The notes below the pieces were generated by a model that saw only the letters and a program-made list of their open reading frames with translations, searched no databases and had not been told where the DNA came from. 64,000 nucleotides of DNA from Clostridia bacterium (GTDB lineage: Bacteria; Bacillota; Clostridia; TANB77; CAG-508), in contig CAADUZ010000001.1 in NCBI GenBank assembly GCA_900752335.1, positions 1,772-65,771 on the forward strand, in the 5' to 3' direction. This document shows positions 58,847 to 64,000 of this stretch, piece after piece. A program made the translations under genes and the position numbers. Every line of letters starts with the position of its first letter. Positions within the stretch are counted from its first letter, which is position 1.

Positions 58847-60469
58847 TTATGATGCTTTTCTTAATTCTTTTGCATGTGCTATTGATATATCTGTTATATC
58901 CCCAGAGGATATTCTAGCAATTTCTTTTAGTACTTCTTCCTCATTTAATTTTCTTATTTCTGTGTATGTTTTTTCATTTTTTGTTTTCTTGCTTATATAG
59001 TAATTGTATCTTCCTTTTGCTGCTATTGAAGCTGAATGTGTTACTACCATAACTTGATGGTTATTTGATATTGTTTTTAATTTTTCTCCAACCGCTTTTG
59101 CTGCCTTTCCGCTTATTCCTGTATCTATCTCGTCAAATATTAGAGTAGAAACTTTATCTACTTCTGCAAGTACTGTTTTTATAGCAAGCATAACTCTTGA
59201 CATTTCTCCTCCTGATGCTATTTTACAAAGTTCTTTTTCGTCTTCTCCTTTGTTTGTGCATATCATGAATTCTACTATGTCTAAACCATTTAAATTAAAC
59301 TTTTCTAGTTTTTCTACTACTACTCTTAAATTTGCGTTTCCCATTTCTAAATCTTTTAATTCCAAATTAATCTTATCTGATATTATTTGTGCATATTTTT
59401 CTCTTATGCATGTCATTTTATTGCATATTTCTAGCATCTGTTTTTTTATAGTTTCCTTTTCGTGTTTTAATTTATTGTTTATTTCGTCTAAATTTTCTAT
59501 CGCATTAATTTCCGCTTCTAGCTCTTCTTTATATTTTAATATTTCTTCTATGCTATTTCCGTATTTTCTTTTTAATGAAAATATTTCGTCCAATCTCTTT
59601 TCTACATTATCTCTTTCTTCCTCGTCAAAAAATATATCTTCCTTTAAAGATGATATATCTCTTGAAAGTTCTTGTATTTCATAATATACGTTTTTTAGTT
59701 CAGCAAGTTTTTCTTCATATACTTCACCACATGATACAATTTTTTCTAGGCACCTTATTGAATTCGATACACTTTCTATTGCCTGATTACTCAAATTATT
59801 ATCCACTTCTTCTAAATTTTCTTGTAATTTTTCTGAATTTTTCATTAAATTATGCTCTTCATTAAGTTTTATATCTTCTCCTATTTTTAATTTAGCATTT
59901 TCAATTTCTTTTAATTGATAATTAAGTAAATCTAGTCTTCTTTCTTTTTCCTTATCATCTCCATAGTTTTTATCTAACTCACTATTTATTTCATTATACC
60001 TTTTAAATAGCTTGGCATATTCTAATTTTAATCCTGTTATTTCATTTCCTATAAAGTCGTCTAAATATGATATATGTTTACTTTGATTTAATAAATTTTG
60101 ATTATCTTGCTGTCCGTGTATATCAATAATATCTTCCATAAATTCCTTTAATTCATTTACAGTTACAAGACGCCCATTTATCTTGCATGAATTTCTCCCA
60201 TTTGCATACACTTCTCTTGACACTATGATATTTCCATCTATAGCGTTAGGATTTTCTGGACAAAATATACTTGCTTCCACAAACGAATATTTTTCTCCAT
60301 TTCTTATCATATCTTTTGAAAATCTTCCTCCTGCAATTATCCCCAATGCTCCTATTATTAAAGTTTTCCCTGCTCCAGTTTCCCCTGTAAGCACATTAAA
60401 CCCTTCATTAAAATCGATGCTTAAATCCTCTATAATTCCTATATTCTTAATATGTAACGTAGATATCAT
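58847..60469 (-). CDS. recN: DNA repair protein RecN
   Basis: LTGETGAGKT N-terminal Walker A, a long coiled coil, then SGGEMSRVMLA and LIFDEIDTG. Confidence 0.9.
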   Translation of the reverse strand: MISTLHIKNIGIIEDLSIDFNEGFNVLTGETGAGKTLIIGALGIIAGGRFSKDMIRNGEKYSFVEASIFCPENPNAIDGNIIVSREVYANGRNSCKINGRLVTVNELKEFMEDIIDIHGQQDNQNLLNQSKHISYLDDFIGNEITGLKLEYAKLFKRYNEINSELDKNYGDDKEKERRLDLLNYQLKEIENAKLKIGEDIKLNEEHNLMKNSEKLQENLEEVDNNLSNQAIESVSNSIRCLEKIVSCGEVYEEKLAELKNVYYEIQELSRDISSLKEDIFFDEEERDNVEKRLDEIFSLKRKYGNSIEEILKYKEELEAEINAIENLDEINNKLKHEKETIKKQMLEICNKMTCIREKYAQIISDKINLELKDLEMGNANLRVVVEKLEKFNLNGLDIVEFMICTNKGEDEKELCKIASGGEMSRVMLAIKTVLAEVDKVSTLIFDEIDTGISGKAAKAVGEKLKTISNNHQVMVVTHSASIAAKGRYNYYISKKTKNEKTYTEIRKLNEEEVLKEIARISSGDITDISIAHAKELRKAS

Positions 60470-60581
60470 AAGTGTTCCTCCTTTTTATTACTACAAATGT
60501 TTGTTTGTAATAAGTTGTATCTATATTACAACCATTTGTTCGTTTTGTCAAGAGTTTTTTTAAATTTTTTAGCATACAAAA

Positions 60582-60626
60582 AAAGATATGTTTTTAAACT
60601 TCAAATAAATTAAAAAACATATCTTT
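60582..60626 (-). terminator. Intrinsic terminator after the LytTR operon
   Basis: AAAGATATGTTTTT and AAAAACATATCTTT form a 14-bp stem, then TTTTTTG on the minus strand. Confidence 0.55.
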
Positions 60627-60633
60627 ATAAAAT

Positions 60634-60873
60634 TTAGTACAATTCATTTGCTTCTTGCTCACTTATCCAATTATGATTAATACTATGTTCAATTTGATTT
60701 TGTCTTTCCTTATCATCTTCTATACTTTTTATATGGTTTAAAAGCTCTTCATGTGAATTTTGTATTCCTTCGTCTTTTTCAAAAATATATGTTGATGCTA
60801 TTTTATATATTCCAAAACAAATTGCTATAACTAAAATAACAATTATTGCGATAATAATATATTTTTTATTCAT
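60634..60873 (-). CDS. Small single-TM protein, third gene of the LytTR operon
   Basis: 79 aa. It overlaps the upstream gene by 8 nt. Confidence 0.4.
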   Translation of the reverse strand: MNKKYIIIAIIVILVIAICFGIYKIASTYIFEKDEGIQNSHEELLNHIKSIEDDKERQNQIEHSINHNWISEQEANELY

Positions 60874-61147
60874 TTTCTTCCCTCCTTTCTTTAAGTTTTT
60901 TTAGTTTTTCATTTAGTTTTTTTACAATATTTCTATCATAAAAGTAAATGCTAATTACTATTAAAAGATATAAAATTATGTATATTGTTAAATTTAAAAT
61001 CATATTATCTTTAAAAACACATATCAAATTTTCCTCTAATCCAAAGTATTTCAGGATAATTACTTCAGTTAATGACACGACTACATTAAAGAAAACATAT
61101 CCTAATATTCCATATAAAATTAATTTTAATATCCTTTTTCCCATCAT
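60866..61147 (-). CDS. Small membrane protein (2-3 TM), putative membrane partner/inhibitor of the LytTR regulator
   Basis: The MMGKRILKLILYG start overlaps the LytTR stop (ATGA). The longer track ORF start is unlikely. Confidence 0.5.
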   Translation of the reverse strand: MMGKRILKLILYGILGYVFFNVVVSLTEVIILKYFGLEENLICVFKDNMILNLTIYIILYLLIVISIYFYDRNIVKKLNEKLKKLKERREENE

Positions 61148-61596
61148 ATACTCCTGCTTTCCAAATATTTTAGTAAGTTTCCTATCCTTCTTCTTGATAC
61201 ATTTTCCTCTGTTCCATCGTTTAATACAACTGTTATTTTTCCTGTTTTGCTCATATCGAAGCATTTTACCATATTGATATTTACTATACATTTTTTTGAT
61301 ATTCTAATAAAGTCTTCTATATTTTCTAGTTCATATAATTTGTTTTTTACTTGATATACCTCTTTTTTAGTTCTGCAATAGTTATTTTTATTCTCACTAT
61401 AAAATAATAATATATCTTTGTAATTTATAAAAAAACCTTCGTATCCCTTATGTACTAGAATTTTATCATTATTAAGATTTTCAATATGTTTAATTATTTC
61501 TTTGACTTTTTCTGTTTCTTTATTCGATTTTATAACAACTTTTATTTCATTATCTTGTATATTATCGTCTATTTGTTTTACTATTTTAATTTTCAT
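61144..61596 (-). CDS. Stand-alone LytTR-family DNA-binding protein (no receiver domain)
   Basis: C-terminal FIRISKKCIVNINMVKCFD...VSRRRIGNLLKYL is the LytTR pattern. The GGAGA RBS favours the MKIKIV start. Confidence 0.75.
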   Translation of the reverse strand: MKIKIVKQIDDNIQDNEIKVVIKSNKETEKVKEIIKHIENLNNDKILVHKGYEGFFINYKDILLFYSENKNNYCRTKKEVYQVKNKLYELENIEDFIRISKKCIVNINMVKCFDMSKTGKITVVLNDGTEENVSRRRIGNLLKYLESRSI

Positions 61597-61615
61597 ATTT
61601 TTCTCCATGCCTTGT

Positions 61616-61683
61616 ATTATATTTGTTTTTTAATTTTTTATCAATATTTTTACTGCAAACGGTTATATATAGCGATAAACGGC
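61616..61683 (-). promoter_or_regulatory. Promoter of the LytTR operon with two upstream 9-bp direct repeats
   Basis: The minus strand reads GCCGTTTAT-11 nt-ACCGTTTGC, then 10 nt, then TTGATA-17 nt-TATAAT. Confidence 0.45.
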
Positions 61684-61692
61684 AAAAAAGTA

Positions 61693-61731
61693 GAAATGGG
61701 AATTTGAGACCTGTCCCTAAATTCCCATTTC
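61693..61731 (-). terminator. Intrinsic terminator of the large coiled-coil gene (its stem includes the stop codon)
   Basis: GAAATGGGAATTT and AAATTCCCATTTC form a 13-bp stem, then TACTTTTTTGCC on the minus strand. Confidence 0.6.
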
Positions 61732-64000
61732 ATATTCATATACAACTATTTCTTTCGTATTAAAATCGAATTCGTCCACTTTGTAATTTACATAGAAACT
61801 ATCTTCTTTTACAAATTTTAAGTTTAGTTTGTTTGTGTCTAATAATATTTCAGTTGACAAATTCATTCCAACTGGCAATGTTTTATTAAAGTTATCATAG
61901 AACATTATGTTTGTATAAAATACTGCTGGCGCATTTTCTTTTATGTTTATTTTGCAAAGTATTAATTTTGATTTTTTGCTTCGTAATTCCTTCTCTATAG
62001 CATTTTTAGGGTTTATATCAAATACATGAATTCCATCAATGCTTTTTTTAGTATTTAAAGCATATACAGACATATCATATGGTGAACTGATTTTATTTAA
62101 TGCTTCTTTTATTAATTTTAAATAGCTATTAATACTTTCTTTATATGCTTCTATGTCAGTATCTAAATTTACATTAAGTACTTTATATTTATCCTTTTCT
62201 ATTTCTCTATGTTTAACATTGTTGATAGCTTTAATTTTTGTTTTATCTTCTACTAGTCCTCCAAAAATATCAAAGTCTTTAGCATTTATTATTTCTATAT
62301 CATTTTGATATTCTTTTTTTAGTTCGTTTAAGTCTTTTTCTAGTGCTGTTTCTTTCTTCTTTTTGGTTTTTTTGTCTTCTTGCTCTTCTAAATCTTCTTC
62401 AATATTTTCATTTTTTTCTAATTCGCTAAATGAATTTGGAACATACCTTATTGCAAACATTGCATCTGTTTCATTTTTAGATAGTTTTCGTCTTTGCAAT
62501 TCGTCCATCTTTATTCCTAAATTTTCTAAATCTGCATCATAGTCAAAATATTTTTTCATTCTAGTTTTTTCGTTTTCCTCTTGCTCGTCCGCTTCTGCTA
62601 GTGTTTGCATCTCATCCTTGCTTGTAAATTTCCAGAATTCAAATATGCTTTTTTTATGCTTATCTATTTCTTTTATGTATAGTTCTGCATTGTCTAATTT
62701 TTTAGATAATATCTCTTCTTTTGTTTCTATTGCTTTTAAATCAAGTGTTAAATTTGTATTTTCCTTTTTTACTTCTTCTAATTTAGTACAAATATTTATT
62801 AAATCTTCTATTGTGTATTGCTCTTTTAAAGCATATAAGCTTTCTAATGTCTCGTCTTTTTTCTCTTCAATTTGTTCTCTTTTTTCTGGTTTTTTAATTA
62901 TTTTGTCTTCGTTTTTCTTTTTCTTAAAGAAATATTTTACCCTTCCAAAAAATGTTTTTTTACACTCTAAAAATGTAGCAATTTGCTTTTGCCTTAATAG
63001 ATATTCTTGTGTCAAATCCTCTATTATATTTTTAAATTTAGCTAATTTTCTTTTTAATTCCTTTTTTTCTTTTTCTTCATATTTTAGTTTATCTATTTTA
63101 TCTAAATATTCTAATTTTATATATTCGGATAATTTTGCATATTCTAGTTTTGTATTATTTTGCCAAAATTCAATTTCTCCATCACTATTAAGTTTTGTAA
63201 CAAATTTATATTCTTCTCTTGCACCTGTAGCAAGTATAAACATAGCTTTTAAAAGTTTATATAACTCTACTGCTTTTTCTTTTGTATCTAAAGTTATGCT
63301 ATATGTTGTTCTCATTTTTTCATAAATATTAGTTTCTCCAACTATTTTTATGAACATATTATTATCTTTATCAAATACTTCATAAATATTAGGCCATTCT
63401 TTGGTAAAATACCATAAATAATTTTCTATGTCGTCTATTTCCGATTTACTTAAAAATTCTCCTGTATATTCCATGTGACTTATTGGGACAAATATATATC
63501 TTGGCTTTCTTGCTCTTACATTGACAATTTGTTCTTTTAATAAATAGAATAAAGCATTGTTATCTTGCTCTTCTGTTGCAACTAACATGAAATATTTTTT
63601 TGCATAGTCAGAATAATATATTTGCCATATAAAGTTGTTTGGGTATTTTACTTCGAAAGGTATTTTGTCGTTTAGTTCTTCTTGCTCTTTTGTTATTTCC
63701 TCTATTCTGTCTTTATTTATTGTGGTTACTAATTTCATGAATTTTGCAAATTTCTCTATGTTTTCTTCTTTTTCTGAATCTAAATATTCACAAATTGGAC
63801 TTGCAAGTTTATATCTCTGCTTTATATCTGTTAGCCTATTTTCTGGTGTTATTAGTATTTCTATTTCTTTTATATTTACATATTTGTACACTTTATATAT
63901 TGTTTCGTCGTATGATTTAGAAGGTCTAAAATTAAGTCCTTCGTATTTTTTTAGGAAGGTTGGTATTTTATTTAAATTTAGACCGATATATTTTAGATTT
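61717..64000 (-). CDS. Large (over 760 aa) K/E-rich coiled-coil protein of unknown function; the 5' end lies beyond the window
   Basis: The track start at 63891 is a GTG. The same frame stays open to position 64000 (…NLKYIGLNLNKIPTFLKKYEGLNFRPSKSYDETIYK-VYKYVNIK…). Confidence 0.6.
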   Translation of the reverse strand, partial: NLKYIGLNLNKIPTFLKKYEGLNFRPSKSYDETIYKVYKYVNIKEIEILITPENRLTDIKQRYKLASPICEYLDSEKEENIEKFAKFMKLVTTINKDRIEEITKEQEELNDKIPFEVKYPNNFIWQIYYSDYAKKYFMLVATEEQDNNALFYLLKEQIVNVRARKPRYIFVPISHMEYTGEFLSKSEIDDIENYLWYFTKEWPNIYEVFDKDNNMFIKIVGETNIYEKMRTTYSITLDTKEKAVELYKLLKAMFILATGAREEYKFVTKLNSDGEIEFWQNNTKLEYAKLSEYIKLEYLDKIDKLKYEEKEKKELKRKLAKFKNIIEDLTQEYLLRQKQIATFLECKKTFFGRVKYFFKKKKNEDKIIKKPEKREQIEEKKDETLESLYALKEQYTIEDLINICTKLEEVKKENTNLTLDLKAIETKEEILSKKLDNAELYIKEIDKHKKSIFEFWKFTSKDEMQTLAEADEQEENEKTRMKKYFDYDADLENLGIKMDELQRRKLSKNETDAMFAIRYVPNSFSELEKNENIEEDLEEQEDKKTKKKKETALEKDLNELKKEYQNDIEIINAKDFDIFGGLVEDKTKIKAINNVKHREIEKDKYKVLNVNLDTDIEAYKESINSYLKLIKEALNKISSPYDMSVYALNTKKSIDGIHVFDINPKNAIEKELRSKKSKLILCKINIKENAPAVFYTNIMFYDNFNKTLPVGMNLSTEILLDTNKLNLKFVKEDSFYVNYKVDEFDFNTKEIVVYEYEMGI

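Noticed and set aside
60529-60542. CGAACAAATGGTTG (reverse complement) upstream of recN as a LexA box.
   Set aside because: It has two mismatches in the right half-site (GGTT versus GTTC/T), which is much weaker than the dinB box. It is left uncalled.

Overview
This is a very AT-rich chromosomal segment from a low-GC Firmicute. It looks like a Clostridia-type endospore former, because it carries spoIVA, a gerA-family germinant-receptor operon and a DUF421/YetF-type gene. About 90% of the genes lie on the minus strand. All protein calls come from motif recognition by eye; no database search was run. The core content is dinB, coaE, tmcAL, rnhA, dapL-dapF, a tRNA Val-Asp-Phe operon, glmU, spoIVA, rnr, secG, an RluA-family synthase, ftsH, cysS, a class A PBP, clpX-clpP-tig, tsaD, an M50 protease, lysS and recN. 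The left 17 kb holds five ABC-type transport systems plus a MarR regulator, Dps and a VapBC-like toxin-antitoxin pair. The accessory or unusual content is as follows. (1) An IS3-family element sits exactly in the loop of an intrinsic terminator, flanked by a 3-bp target duplication. (2) A small islet beside the tRNA cluster carries a DUF2726 membrane protein, a solitary MazF/PemK-like toxin with no protein antitoxin, and two tandem paralogous structured-RNA units; the RNA units have conserved single-stranded segments and fully compensatory stem changes, and this is the best candidate here for an undescribed toxin/RNA module. (3) A family of roughly 60-bp near-perfect palindromes (arm GAAACAAGGGGACACACATTTTGTTCC) lies at gene 3' ends, with three full copies and one degenerate copy. 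(4) An AbiL-like two-gene defence cassette (AAA_21 ATPase plus RloB/Toprim-like protein) has a consensus promoter overlapped by a perfect 16-bp palindrome. (5) A stand-alone LytTR regulator is followed by small membrane proteins and preceded by AgrA-type direct repeats; next to it is a large orphan coiled-coil protein that runs off the right edge of the window. (6) Two single-base frameshifts outside homopolymers disrupt an ABC ATPase Walker A motif and the gerC-type gene. No CRISPR array, rRNA or prophage was seen.
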